Part shown: positions 1-8,718 of the stretch, in pieces
How positions within the stretch are numbered: position 1 is the first letter of the stretch
Layout of the letters: each line of letters starts with the position of its first letter
From: Escherichia phage PE37
Direction: 5' to 3' (one strand)
Sequence record: NC_054929.1
DNA length: 64,000 nucleotides
Notes under the pieces: model-generated
Told to the model about the DNA's origin: nothing
Databases searched by the model: none
What the model saw: only the letters and a program-made list of their open reading frames with translations
Translations under genes and position numbers: made by a program

Positions 1-2
1 TA

Positions 3-454
<452 letters not shown>

Positions 455-455
<1 letters not shown>

Positions 456-652
456 TGGCGTGGCACCATGAAACTTGGTCTATTGTTATTGTAAATAGTG
501 GTTTAGTTGGTACTAGTAATGGGCAATTTTGTGTATTCACTAGTGAAATCAGAGCTTGGGAGGAATGCCTTAAATTAAGAGAAAAGAATCCTGATGTTGA
601 ACTAACAGTAAAGAAAACTAAACTGCCTTTACCATGGAAAACTTATGAATAA
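455..652 (+). CDS. hypothetical small protein (65 aa)
   Basis: ATG overlapping pseT stop (TAATG coupling); early-region small ORF. Confidence 0.5.
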
Positions 653-845
653 CATAGAAAAGATTTATCGTCTTTGTGATAAAATTGAAAAAGAAAAGAA
701 ATATCTATTTTGTTTATGGCCTATTGTTGATGGAAGAGTAGACTTAGATATTCTTGATTATGAAACAGAAGACTATGTAGATGGTTCAACTTTTGATAAT
801 GCGTTGGATGTTATTAATTGGCTTGAAGAAAGTTATATGAGGTGA
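645..845 (+). CDS. hypothetical small acidic protein (66 aa)
   Basis: ATG start, overlaps previous stop; coding-like composition. Confidence 0.5.
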   Translation: MNNIEKIYRLCDKIEKEKKYLFCLWPIVDGRVDLDILDYETEDYVDGSTFDNALDVINWLEESYMR

Positions 846-847
846 AT

Positions 848-1123
848 ATGTTTCCGACTTATTCTAAAATTGTAGAAGTAGTGTTTAGTCAAATTATCGC
901 TAATAATATGTTTGAAAAGCTTGATAACGCAGCCGAGCTTCGAATTCATGCTCAAGTGACTCATGTATTGAACACTTTGCTTCCAGACCAGGTGGATTCT
1001 GTTGCCATTACGCTGTATCCAGGTTCCGCGCATATCATTGTCGTATTCGGTCTTGATGCTGAGTTAGTTATCAAAGGCGATATTCGTTTTGAATCGCAGA
1101 CAGCAGAATTCAAAGCAATTTAA
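848..1123 (+). CDS. hypothetical protein (91 aa)
   Basis: Track start 842 is GTG; in-frame ATG at 848 preceded by GAGG. Confidence 0.5.
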   Translation: MFPTYSKIVEVVFSQIIANNMFEKLDNAAELRIHAQVTHVLNTLLPDQVDSVAITLYPGSAHIIVVFGLDAELVIKGDIRFESQTAEFKAI

Positions 1124-1125
1124 TA

Positions 1126-1164
1126 GTTTACTTTACGGTAGAGTTGTGATATTATAGCTCTACC
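1126..1164 (+). promoter_or_regulatory. early promoter with stem-loop (PeSL-like): GTTTAC-N18-TGaTATTAT, -10 inside 7-bp inverted repeat
   Basis: -35 at 1126-1131, -10 at 1150-1155; IR GGTAGAG (1137-1143) / CTCTACC (1158-1164). Confidence 0.65.
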
Positions 1165-1184
1165 AAACAAATGAGGAAAACAAA

Positions 1185-1424
1185 ATGCTGCTAAGTGAAA
1201 AACCGATTACTGTTAAAGAATTCCAAGAAAAAGTTAAGCTATTTGCACAGGAATTGGTAAATAAGGTTTCTGAACGATTTCCTGAAACATCGGTTCGTGT
1301 TATTACTGAAACTCCTCGTTCAGTATTAGTAATTGTGAATCCAGGTGATGGCGATCAAATATCGCATCTTAAATTAGATTTTGATGGATTAGTTGAAGCA
1401 CAAAGGGTGTATGGCGTACTATGA
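1185..1424 (+). CDS. hypothetical protein (79 aa)
   Basis: ATG after early promoter/stem-loop cassette; AGGA RBS. Confidence 0.55.
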   Translation: MLLSEKPITVKEFQEKVKLFAQELVNKVSERFPETSVRVITETPRSVLVIVNPGDGDQISHLKLDFDGLVEAQRVYGVL

Positions 1425-1759
1425 TGAATTTAACTGATATAATTGATAATTGTCTTGAAAATGATACTGGCGATCATAGAGCGCTTGACTCTGAAACAGC
1501 ACAGTTCATTAGAATAACTTTAATGAATGACACTCTAGTAAATAGTATTCATCCTTCTGTATATGATGCTATTATTGTGACGAAGTATCCAGTTGAGCTT
1601 CACAAAAAGATGGTTGGCGCAATTTTTATTGATAAGAAAAACCGCTTTAAAGATGGGCAGAATATAATTAGTTCTGTTATTAAAAGTATAACTAAACTTC
1701 GTCACGAAATTTATCGTGTTGAAACTGCTAAATCTGCTTATCTGGTGATTATGAAATGA
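1421..1759 (+). CDS. hypothetical protein (112 aa)
   Basis: ATGA overlap with upstream ORF. Confidence 0.55.
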   Translation: MMNLTDIIDNCLENDTGDHRALDSETAQFIRITLMNDTLVNSIHPSVYDAIIVTKYPVELHKKMVGAIFIDKKNRFKDGQNIISSVIKSITKLRHEIYRVETAKSAYLVIMK

Positions 1760-2337
1760 AAGCGAGTACAGTACTTCAAATTGCATATTTAGTATCGCAG
1801 GAATCAAAATGTTGCTCCTGGAAGGTAGGAGCAGTAATTGAAAAGAATGGACGTATTATTTCTACCGGATATAATGGTTCACCTGCTGGTGGGGTGAACT
1901 GTTGTGATTATGCTGCTGAGCAAGGTTGGTTGCTGAATAAGCCTAAACATACTATCATCCAAGGTCATAAGCCCGAATGTGTATCATTTGGTTCAACTGA
2001 TCGTTTTGTCTTGGCAAAAGAACACCGGAGCGCTCACTCTGAATGGTCGTCTAAAAATGAAATTCATGCTGAACTAAATGCGATTTTGTTTGCTGCGCGA
2101 AATGGTTCTTCAATTGAAGGTGCTACTATGTATGTAACACTTTCTCCTTGCCCAGATTGTGCAAAAGCGATAGCTCAATCTGGAATTAAAAAGCTGGTTT
2201 ATTGCGAAACATATGATAAAAATAAACCTGGCTGGGATGATATTCTGCGAAATGCAGGTATTGAAGTGTTTAATGTTCCTAAGAAAAACTTGAATAAGTT
2301 AAACTGGGAAAATATCAACGAATTCTGTGGTGAATAA
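1756..2337 (+). CDS. cd: dCMP deaminase
   Basis: 193 aa; zinc-binding HAE and PCxxC motifs (HAELNAI, PCPDCAKAI); ATGA overlap. Confidence 0.9.
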   Translation: MKASTVLQIAYLVSQESKCCSWKVGAVIEKNGRIISTGYNGSPAGGVNCCDYAAEQGWLLNKPKHTIIQGHKPECVSFGSTDRFVLAKEHRSAHSEWSSKNEIHAELNAILFAARNGSSIEGATMYVTLSPCPDCAKAIAQSGIKKLVYCETYDKNKPGWDDILRNAGIEVFNVPKKNLNKLNWENINEFCGE

Positions 2338-2573
2338 TGAAATTTCGTTTGGTACAACTCACAGCAATTAGTTCTTATTCCAACGAGAATATTTCATTTG
2401 CTGTAGAGTATAAGAAGTATTTTTTCTCTAAATGGAAGCAGTATTATAAGTCAAACTGGGTTTGTATTGATAGACCGCATAGTTGGAAATCTGATTTAGA
2501 AAAATGCCAAAAATTGCTTTCCACTCTTAAAGAACGTGGAACAACCCATATTAAAACTGTAATAGGTAAATAA
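2337..2573 (+). CDS. hypothetical protein (78 aa)
   Basis: TAATG overlap with cd stop. Confidence 0.5.
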   Translation: MKFRLVQLTAISSYSNENISFAVEYKKYFFSKWKQYYKSNWVCIDRPHSWKSDLEKCQKLLSTLKERGTTHIKTVIGK

Positions 2574-2882
2574 ATGAAACTGACGACTGAACAAAAAGTA
2601 GCAATTCGTGAAATTTTGAAAACTAAATTGTCCATGGGTATTTCAAACGTGGTTTTTGAAAAGTCTGATGGTACTATTCGTACCATGAAAGGTACTCGTG
2701 ATGCAGACTTTATGCCAACCATGCAAACTGGTAAATTGACTGAATCTGCCCGGAAAGAATCTACTGATATGATTCCAGTATTTGATGTTGAGCTTGGCGA
2801 GTGGCGAGGTTTTTCTATTGACAAATTGATTTCCGTTAATGGTATGAAAGTTGAGCATTTACTCCAATTTATTGGTAAATAA
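2574..2882 (+). CDS. hypothetical protein (102 aa)
   Basis: TAAATG junction with previous ORF. Confidence 0.55.
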   Translation: MKLTTEQKVAIREILKTKLSMGISNVVFEKSDGTIRTMKGTRDADFMPTMQTGKLTESARKESTDMIPVFDVELGEWRGFSIDKLISVNGMKVEHLLQFIGK

Positions 2883-2883
2883 A

Positions 2884-2908
2884 TGCTTTAAGAATTATTT
2901 GTTATTAT
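2884..2908 (+). promoter_or_regulatory. MotA-dependent middle promoter candidate (gene 31)
   Basis: MotA box TGCTTTA at 2884-2890, 12-nt spacer, TATTAT at 2903-2908. Confidence 0.55.
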
Positions 2909-2938
2909 TAATTCATCTGTTAACAAAAAGGAAAAACG

Positions 2939-3274
2939 ATGTCTGAAGTACAACAGCTACCAATTCGTGCTGTCGGTGAATATGTTATTTTAGTTTCTGA
3001 ACCCGCACAAGCCGGTGATGAAGAAGTTACAGAATCAGGACTTATTATCGGTAAACGTGTTCAAGGTGAAGTTCCTGAACTGTGTGTAGTTCACTCTGTC
3101 GGTCCTGATGTTCCTGAAGGTTTCTGCGAAGTTGGTGATTTGACTTCTCTTCCAGTTGGTCAAATTCGAAATGTTCCGCATCCTTTTGTAGCTCTGGGTC
3201 TTAAGCAGCCAAAAGAAATTAAACAAAAATTCGTTACTTGTCACTATAAAGCTATTCCGTGTCTTTATAAGTGA
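2939..3274 (+). CDS. 31: GroES-like co-chaperonin for capsid protein folding
   Basis: 111 aa; position after cd; AGGAAAAA RBS; preceded by MotA-type middle promoter. Confidence 0.85.
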
Positions 3275-3282
3275 TATAAATA
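3275..3282 (+). promoter_or_regulatory. late promoter motif TATAAATA
   Basis: exact 8-mer after gene 31 stop, about 140 nt upstream of rIII. Confidence 0.45.
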
Positions 3283-3421
3283 ATAATATGAATTGGGTGT
3301 CGGAATAATAAGTTAACCGAACAATTCTATGTGGTAGTCTACAACTGAGAGATCTGTCGAAAGAAGATGAAATTCAGAAGAACGTGACTACCGAGTTTTA
3401 ATCTCTAACGAGAATTTTTAA

Positions 3422-3670
3422 ATGATTAAACAATTACAACACGCTCTTGAACTGCAACGAAACGCATGGAATAATGGTCACGAAAACTATGGCGCTTCTA
3501 TTGATGTTGAAGCCGAAGCTCTTGAAATCCTGCGTTATTTCAAACATCTGAATCCTGCTCAAACTGCATTAGCTGCTGAGCTTCAGGAAAAAGATGAACT
3601 TAAGTATGCTAAGCCTCTGGCTTCTGCTGCACGAAAAGCAGTTCGTCACTTTGTGGTAACACTGAAGTAA
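3422..3670 (+). CDS. rIII: lysis-inhibition accessory protein rIII
   Basis: 82 aa; position after gene 31 as in T4. Confidence 0.8.
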   Translation: MIKQLQHALELQRNAWNNGHENYGASIDVEAEALEILRYFKHLNPAQTALAAELQEKDELKYAKPLASAARKAVRHFVVTLK

Positions 3671-3731
3671 TTTATTGGAGATTCACTGCCTTAGTGTGAG
3701 CTAAAATCGAGGAGCCATCGAACTGTCTGAT

Positions 3732-3757
3732 TAATGATTTGCGAATCATTATAGTTT
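3732..3757 (+). terminator. AT-rich hairpin after rIII (weak terminator candidate)
   Basis: 8-bp stem TAATGATT/AATCATTA with TGCG loop, then TAGTTTTAA. Confidence 0.3.
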
Positions 3758-3913
3758 TAAGACCCCGGCAGTTTTATGGTGTACCTCTTGAATGTGAATG
3801 ATGACGGGTTTATGGTTATCCTGTCGTTAAATATCCAAAACCTATGTTCCCCTTGAGGGCTTGCGCAGGCAATGCCAATAAGTCCTGCATTTTCATTTAA
3901 AAGAGAATTTATA

Positions 3914-4090
3914 ATGGCAAAACAAGCTAAAGCAAAGAAAGCAGTTGAAAAGAAAGTTGGTGATTCTAAACGCGCTGGCTACAAGCGTGGGTCGAACTCT
4001 CGTATCAATCAAACTGTTGAGAAGATCATGCGCCGAGCACGTGCGGTTCTTCGAGATGATGCTTCTCGTTTTGGTAAGCAGAAAGCATAA
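3914..4090 (+). CDS. hypothetical small basic protein (58 aa)
   Basis: ATG at 3914 has better SD spacing than the upstream ATG at 3872; Lys/Arg-rich; followed by terminator. Confidence 0.45.
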   Translation: MAKQAKAKKAVEKKVGDSKRAGYKRGSNSRINQTVEKIMRRARAVLRDDASRFGKQKA

Positions 4091-4094
4091 GTTA

Positions 4095-4124
4095 AGGACT
4101 CCTTCGGGAGTCCTTTTTTATTTT
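4095..4124 (+). terminator. intrinsic terminator
   Basis: AGGACTCC-TTCG-GGAGTCCT hairpin followed by TTTTTTATTTT. Confidence 0.75.
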
Positions 4125-4143
4125 CCAAAGATTGCATAAAGTT

Positions 4144-4186
4144 GTTTACAGTATGGTTCCTTTGTGATAGTATTATCTTACACAAA
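4144..4186 (+). promoter_or_regulatory. early promoter with stem-loop (PeSL-like)
   Basis: GTTTAC at 4144-4149, -10 TAGTAT at 4168-4173; IR TTTGTG (4161-4166) / CACAAA (4181-4186). Confidence 0.6.
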
Positions 4187-4200
4187 CAAAGGAGAATAAA

Positions 4201-4533
4201 ATGAAAACGATTAATCTGAACGCTGCAGTTAAGACTAAATGCTTCAATGGTAAATATGATGAAACTATGTGGTTCTTAATGGCAGTTGAAGGTGATATTA
4301 TTGAAGTAGAAACAACAGAAGGTATGGGAACAGATTTCACCTTTACAATTCAAGTTCATAATTTCTTTACTGGTTGGATTTATGAATTGAATACAGTAAT
4401 CGTTGGAAAAATTGAACAAAATGAATTAGGCGAATGGTATTATGTTACAGCTCGCCAACGTGCCGAACGTTTGATTGAGAAGATGAAAAAAGTTGGTAAA
4501 CTTGACATGAAGCACTGGAAAGTAGTAAAATAA
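4201..4533 (+). CDS. hypothetical protein (110 aa)
   Basis: follows early promoter cassette and GGAGAATAAA-ATG RBS. Confidence 0.55.
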   Translation: MKTINLNAAVKTKCFNGKYDETMWFLMAVEGDIIEVETTEGMGTDFTFTIQVHNFFTGWIYELNTVIVGKIEQNELGEWYYVTARQRAERLIEKMKKVGKLDMKHWKVVK

Positions 4534-4535
4534 TT

Positions 4536-4575
4536 GTTTACTTTGGTACAGGATATGATATTATATACCTGTACC
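4536..4575 (+). promoter_or_regulatory. early promoter with stem-loop (PeSL-like)
   Basis: GTTTAC at 4536-4541, TGaTATTAT -10 at 4559-4564; IR GGTACAGG (4545-4552) / CCTGTACC (4568-4575). Confidence 0.65.
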
Positions 4576-4601
4576 GCAATTAAACATCTCGGAGAATAAA
4601 A

Positions 4602-4967
4602 ATGAACTACATCAACTTTGAACGTAAATATGTTTCTAATGGTATTGCAGGTTCTATTGATACTATTTGCCTTTGGAAACATCAAAATGGATCAGTATGC
4701 GAAATTGAACAGTATATGACTCCTAACTACGTTTATATGCGATTTGAAAATGGCATCACGGTTTCAATCACAATGGAAGGTTCAAACTTCAAAATCGCTC
4801 TGGATGATGATTTTCGTCAACGCGATTTAGGGACCCATCCTTGCTGGAATGGCGCTAATCGTAAGCTTCTGGTTAAAACTTGGATTCGTCATATTTTGAG
4901 TAACAGAGCTAAACCTGAGCATCTTGAAGCAATCTTTGATGTAGTTCTCAACGAATTTGATATTTAA
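4602..4967 (+). CDS. hypothetical protein (121 aa)
   Basis: follows early promoter cassette and GGAGAATAAAA-ATG RBS. Confidence 0.55.
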   Translation: MNYINFERKYVSNGIAGSIDTICLWKHQNGSVCEIEQYMTPNYVYMRFENGITVSITMEGSNFKIALDDDFRQRDLGTHPCWNGANRKLLVKTWIRHILSNRAKPEHLEAIFDVVLNEFDI

Positions 4968-4976
4968 AAATAAATG

Positions 4977-4992
4977 AGGGGCTTCGGCCCCT
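4977..4992 (+). other. UUCG-tetraloop hairpin directly upstream of RBS (no U tract)
   Basis: AGGGGC-TTCG-GCCCCT, followed by TACTGAGGAAAATACT-ATG. Confidence 0.5.
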
Positions 4993-5008
4993 TACTGAGG
5001 AAAATACT

Positions 5009-5296
5009 ATGTTTATGACTACTTATTTTGATACCCGCAAAAATTTCTGTGAAGTTGTTTTCTCTAAGGCGCCTAAAGACCTTCCTGCTCATTTGCAACC
5101 TACCAGTGAATCGATTAAAAATTATGTTGATGTGGTTTGTCCTTTAGAATTCCGTACAGTAAATGGGCGTGATACTTTAGCTATCGCTAAACTTAATCGT
5201 GAAATTGACATTGACCCTTCAATTGCGCGTGAAATTAATATTTCTGATATTGGCGGCGGTAATGTTAAATCACACGGCTTTCAGATGAGGTTCTGA
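5009..5296 (+). CDS. hypothetical protein (95 aa)
   Basis: ATG after UUCG hairpin and GAGGAAAA RBS. Confidence 0.5.
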   Translation: MFMTTYFDTRKNFCEVVFSKAPKDLPAHLQPTSESIKNYVDVVCPLEFRTVNGRDTLAIAKLNREIDIDPSIAREINISDIGGGNVKSHGFQMRF

Positions 5297-5493
5297 TGAA
5301 ATTCTTTTTAGGTCAAACCGTTGAATTAAAGGGAGTTGGTATACCTGGATTAATTTCTAAGGTTCTACCTCCATTTAAATGGAGTGGTGTTCAAATAAAA
5401 GAGGCTTATATTGTTTCCTGGGTAGATGGAAATGAAGACCTTCGTATGGGTGATGAATTATCTCCTATTTACGGATTAAAGGAATTAGTATGA
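5296..5493 (+). CDS. hypothetical protein (65 aa)
   Basis: ATGA overlap. Confidence 0.45.
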   Translation: MKFFLGQTVELKGVGIPGLISKVLPPFKWSGVQIKEAYIVSWVDGNEDLRMGDELSPIYGLKELV

Positions 5494-5696
5494 ATATAAT
5501 TAATAAGATTTTTGGAATTCAGTACATTAAGGTCACATATAAAGTAACAGATAAAAATCCATATACTGATGAACATGAAGAACCACAAGTTAAGTCTATT
5601 ATATTAGAAAAGGACCCTAACTGGCCAGTTGAATTTCGTCTTCCTTGCTATGGTCATTGGGCTGATGTTGAAATTATAAGCATTGAAAATGCCTGA
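5490..5696 (+). CDS. hypothetical protein (68 aa)
   Basis: ATGA overlap. Confidence 0.45.
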   Translation: MNIINKIFGIQYIKVTYKVTDKNPYTDEHEEPQVKSIILEKDPNWPVEFRLPCYGHWADVEIISIENA

Positions 5697-6147
5697 GTTA
5701 GAGATTAGAAGCAATTTTAGATGGCCATCATGTGCATTAAGTAATTTCGCCCAATGGCCTTTCGTTATGGATGGCATTCAATTTGGAGGTCTCGAAGGAT
5801 TCCTCCAAGGGTGTAAGGTGAAAAATGTTGAACAACAACGTCGTATATTTGGGTTATCCGGGCTTGCCGCCCAACAAGCTGGAAGGTCTTATGCTAGAGC
5901 TCAGGACCATGGGACCCTCTTTTGGCTCGGAGTTCCATTTTCAAGATACTCTCCAGCGTGGAAAGAATTATACACAAATGCATATTTTGAAGCAGCGATT
6001 CAAAACAAGGGCTTTCGTGATGCATTACAAGCCTCGAAAGGAAAAGTTTTGAAGCACAGCATGGCTAGTGGTCTAACAAAAGATGATACAATACTAACCG
6101 AAGCTGAATTTATTGATGTGTTAAACCTATTAAGAGACTCTCTATGA
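5689..6147 (+). CDS. NADAR (YbiA-like) domain protein candidate
   Basis: Track start 5683 is TTG; ATG at 5689. N-terminal SNFAQWP...DG...E..LQ resembles the YbiA/NADAR motif as I recall it from E. coli YbiA. Confidence 0.5.
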   Translation: MPELEIRSNFRWPSCALSNFAQWPFVMDGIQFGGLEGFLQGCKVKNVEQQRRIFGLSGLAAQQAGRSYARAQDHGTLFWLGVPFSRYSPAWKELYTNAYFEAAIQNKGFRDALQASKGKVLKHSMASGLTKDDTILTEAEFIDVLNLLRDSL

Positions 6148-6986
6148 AGCCTACTATTTTAACTGATATTGATGGAGTATGTTTAAGCTGGCAATCAGGC
6201 CTTCCTTATTTTGCTCAGAAATATAATCTTCCGTTGGAACATATTTTAAAAATGATCCAAGATGAAAAATTTATTTCTCCTGGTAAACTTTTTAATTGTG
6301 ATGAAGAACTTGGCGTTAAGCTAATTGAAAAATACAATCGTTCAGATTTTATTCGTTACTTGTCTCCATATAAAGATGCCCTGTGTGTAATTAACAAATT
6401 AAAAGAAGATTATAATTTTGTAGCTGTTACAGCGCTGGGTGATTCTATTGACGCTCTGTTGAATCGTCAATTTAATTTGAATGCTCTTTTTCCTGGTGCC
6501 TTCTCAGAAGTAATGATGTGTGGTCATGATTCTTCAAAAGAAGAGTTGTTCAAAAAGGCAAAAGAGAAATATAACGTAATTTGTTATATTGACGATCTCG
6601 CTCACCACTGCGATCATGCGAGTGAAATATTAAATGTTCCAGTTTATTGGATGGCTCGAGGAGAGCGTGACAGTATTCCAAAAACTGCACAGCGAGTTTA
6701 TACATGGAATGATGTAGAGAATAAGCTTTTTCCATCGAAGGAAAATAAAGAAAGTTTTGATAGTGAAAAAGCTATAAAAGATGTAATTGAAAAGATGATT
6801 AAAAACGATTCTTTTCGTTGGAATACTACCTGGAGAACTCCTGGATTAAATCCATACCATCCATATTATACACATCCATATCATGTGCATCCATTTCATA
6901 CATGGAACTATATTAAACCTGGTGGCATAGAGTATTTGTATAATAGACCTACTAGTGGTGATAATATTTTCCAAGGAGCATTCTAA
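6144..6986 (+). CDS. HAD-superfamily hydrolase-like protein with His/Tyr/Pro-rich C-terminal segment
   Basis: N-terminal DIDGV motif (HAD motif I-like); 280 aa; ATGA overlap. Confidence 0.55.
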   Translation: MKPTILTDIDGVCLSWQSGLPYFAQKYNLPLEHILKMIQDEKFISPGKLFNCDEELGVKLIEKYNRSDFIRYLSPYKDALCVINKLKEDYNFVAVTALGDSIDALLNRQFNLNALFPGAFSEVMMCGHDSSKEELFKKAKEKYNVICYIDDLAHHCDHASEILNVPVYWMARGERDSIPKTAQRVYTWNDVENKLFPSKENKESFDSEKAIKDVIEKMIKNDSFRWNTTWRTPGLNPYHPYYTHPYHVHPFHTWNYIKPGGIEYLYNRPTSGDNIFQGAF

Positions 6987-7255
6987 TGTTTGTCGTTCAC
7001 ACTATTTATGAAAATGAAGGTAATACTACACGTGATTACGGTCACGTAAATCAATTTTTTAGATGCAATCCAGAATTTCGAGCTCAAAAAGACGAACGAA
7101 TTTTTAAAAAATGTGTAGAGCAAGGTTTCATTTACGTCAAGCACTGGATGCAAGGAAATAAAGTTAGAACAACGTACCACAGGTCTTTGACTGAGCTTAA
7201 TGATGAATTGATTTATAATAGAGCTGTAAACCAAACTCTAAAGGATGAACAATGA
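6986..7255 (+). CDS. hypothetical protein (89 aa)
   Basis: TAATG overlap. Confidence 0.5.
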   Translation: MFVVHTIYENEGNTTRDYGHVNQFFRCNPEFRAQKDERIFKKCVEQGFIYVKHWMQGNKVRTTYHRSLTELNDELIYNRAVNQTLKDEQ

Positions 7256-8718
7256 TTCTTAAAATTCTGAACGAAATAGCATCTATTGGTTCAACTAAGC
7301 AGAAGCAAGCAATTCTTGAAAAGAACAAAGATAATGAATTGCTTAAACGAGTATATCGTCTGACTTATTCTCGTGGGTTACAGTATTATATCAAGAAATG
7401 GCCTAAACCTGGTATTGCTACCCAGAGTTTTGGAATGCTGACCATTACCGATATGCTTGACTTCATTGAATTCACGTTAGCTACTCGGAAATTAACTGGC
7501 AATGCAGCAATTGAGGAATTAACTGGATATATCACCGATGGTAAAAAGGATGATGTTGAAGTTTTGCGTCGAGTTATGATGCGAGACCTTGAATGCGGTG
7601 CTTCAGTATCTATTGCAAACAAAGTTTGGCCAGGTTTAATTCCTGAACAACCTCAAATGCTGGCAAGTTCTTATGATGAAAAGGGCATTAGTAAGAATAT
7701 CAAATTTCCAGCCTTTGCACAGTTAAAAGCAGATGGAGCCCGGTGTTTTGCTGAAGTCCGAGGTGATGAATTAGATGATGTTCGTCTTTTATCACGAGCT
7801 GGTAATGAATATCTAGGATTAAACCTTCTCAAAGAAGAGTTAATCAAAATGACCGCTGAAGCTCGCCAGATTCATCCAGAAGGTGTGTTAATTGATGGCG
7901 AATTGGTAGTATACCATGAGCAAGTTGAAAAGGAGCCAGAAGGTCTAGATTTTCTTTTTGATGCTTATCCTGAAATTAGTAAAGCTAAAGAATTCGCTGA
8001 AGTAGCTGAATCACGTACTACTTCTAATGGAATAGCTAATAAATCTTTAAAGGGAACCATTTCTGAAAAAGAAGCACAATGCATGAAGTTTCAGGTCTGG
8101 GATTATGTTCCATTAGTAGAAATATACGGTCTTCCAGCATTTCGTTTGAAATATGATGTACGTTTTTCTAAACTAGAACAAATGACATCGGGATATGATA
8201 AAGTAATTTTAATTGAAAACCAGGTAGTAAATAACCTAGATGAAGCTAAGGTAATTTACAAAAAGTATATTGACCAAGGTCTTGAAGGTATTATTCTCAA
8301 AAATATCGATGGATTATGGGAAAATGCTCGTTCAAAAAATCTTTATAAATTTAAAGAAGTAATTGATGTTGATTTAAAAATTGTAGGAATTTATCCTCAC
8401 CGTAAAGACCCTACTAAAGCGGGTGGATTTATTCTTGAGTCAGAGTGTGGAAAAATTAAAGTAAATGCTGGTTCAGGCTTAAAAGATAAAGCCGGTGTAA
8501 AATCGCATGAACTTGACCGTACTCGCATTATGGAAAACCAAAATTATTATATTGGAAAAATTCTAGAGTGCGAATGCAACGGTTGGTTAAAATCTGATGG
8601 CCGCACTGATTACGTTAAATTATTTCTTCCAATTGCGATTCGTTTACGTGAAGATAAAACTAAAGCTAATACGTTCGAAGATGTATTTGGCGATTTTCAT
8701 GAGGTAACTGGTTTATGA
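7252..8718 (+). CDS. 30: ATP-dependent DNA ligase
   Basis: 488 aa; KADGAR adenylation motif; sequence matches my recollection of T4 DNA ligase. Confidence 0.95.
   Translation: MILKILNEIASIGSTKQKQAILEKNKDNELLKRVYRLTYSRGLQYYIKKWPKPGIATQSFGMLTITDMLDFIEFTLATRKLTGNAAIEELTGYITDGKKDDVEVLRRVMMRDLECGASVSIANKVWPGLIPEQPQMLASSYDEKGISKNIKFPAFAQLKADGARCFAEVRGDELDDVRLLSRAGNEYLGLNLLKEELIKMTAEARQIHPEGVLIDGELVVYHEQVEKEPEGLDFLFDAYPEISKAKEFAEVAESRTTSNGIANKSLKGTISEKEAQCMKFQVWDYVPLVEIYGLPAFRLKYDVRFSKLEQMTSGYDKVILIENQVVNNLDEAKVIYKKYIDQGLEGIILKNIDGLWENARSKNLYKFKEVIDVDLKIVGIYPHRKDPTKAGGFILESECGKIKVNAGSGLKDKAGVKSHELDRTRIMENQNYYIGKILECECNGWLKSDGRTDYVKLFLPIAIRLREDKTKANTFEDVFGDFHEVTGL

Noticed and set aside
3872-4090. 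Longer 72-aa version of the small basic ORF starting at ATG 3872
   Set aside because: No usable Shine-Dalgarno at the right spacing; the ATG at 3914 has AGAG about 9 nt upstream, so the shorter form was preferred, with uncertainty.
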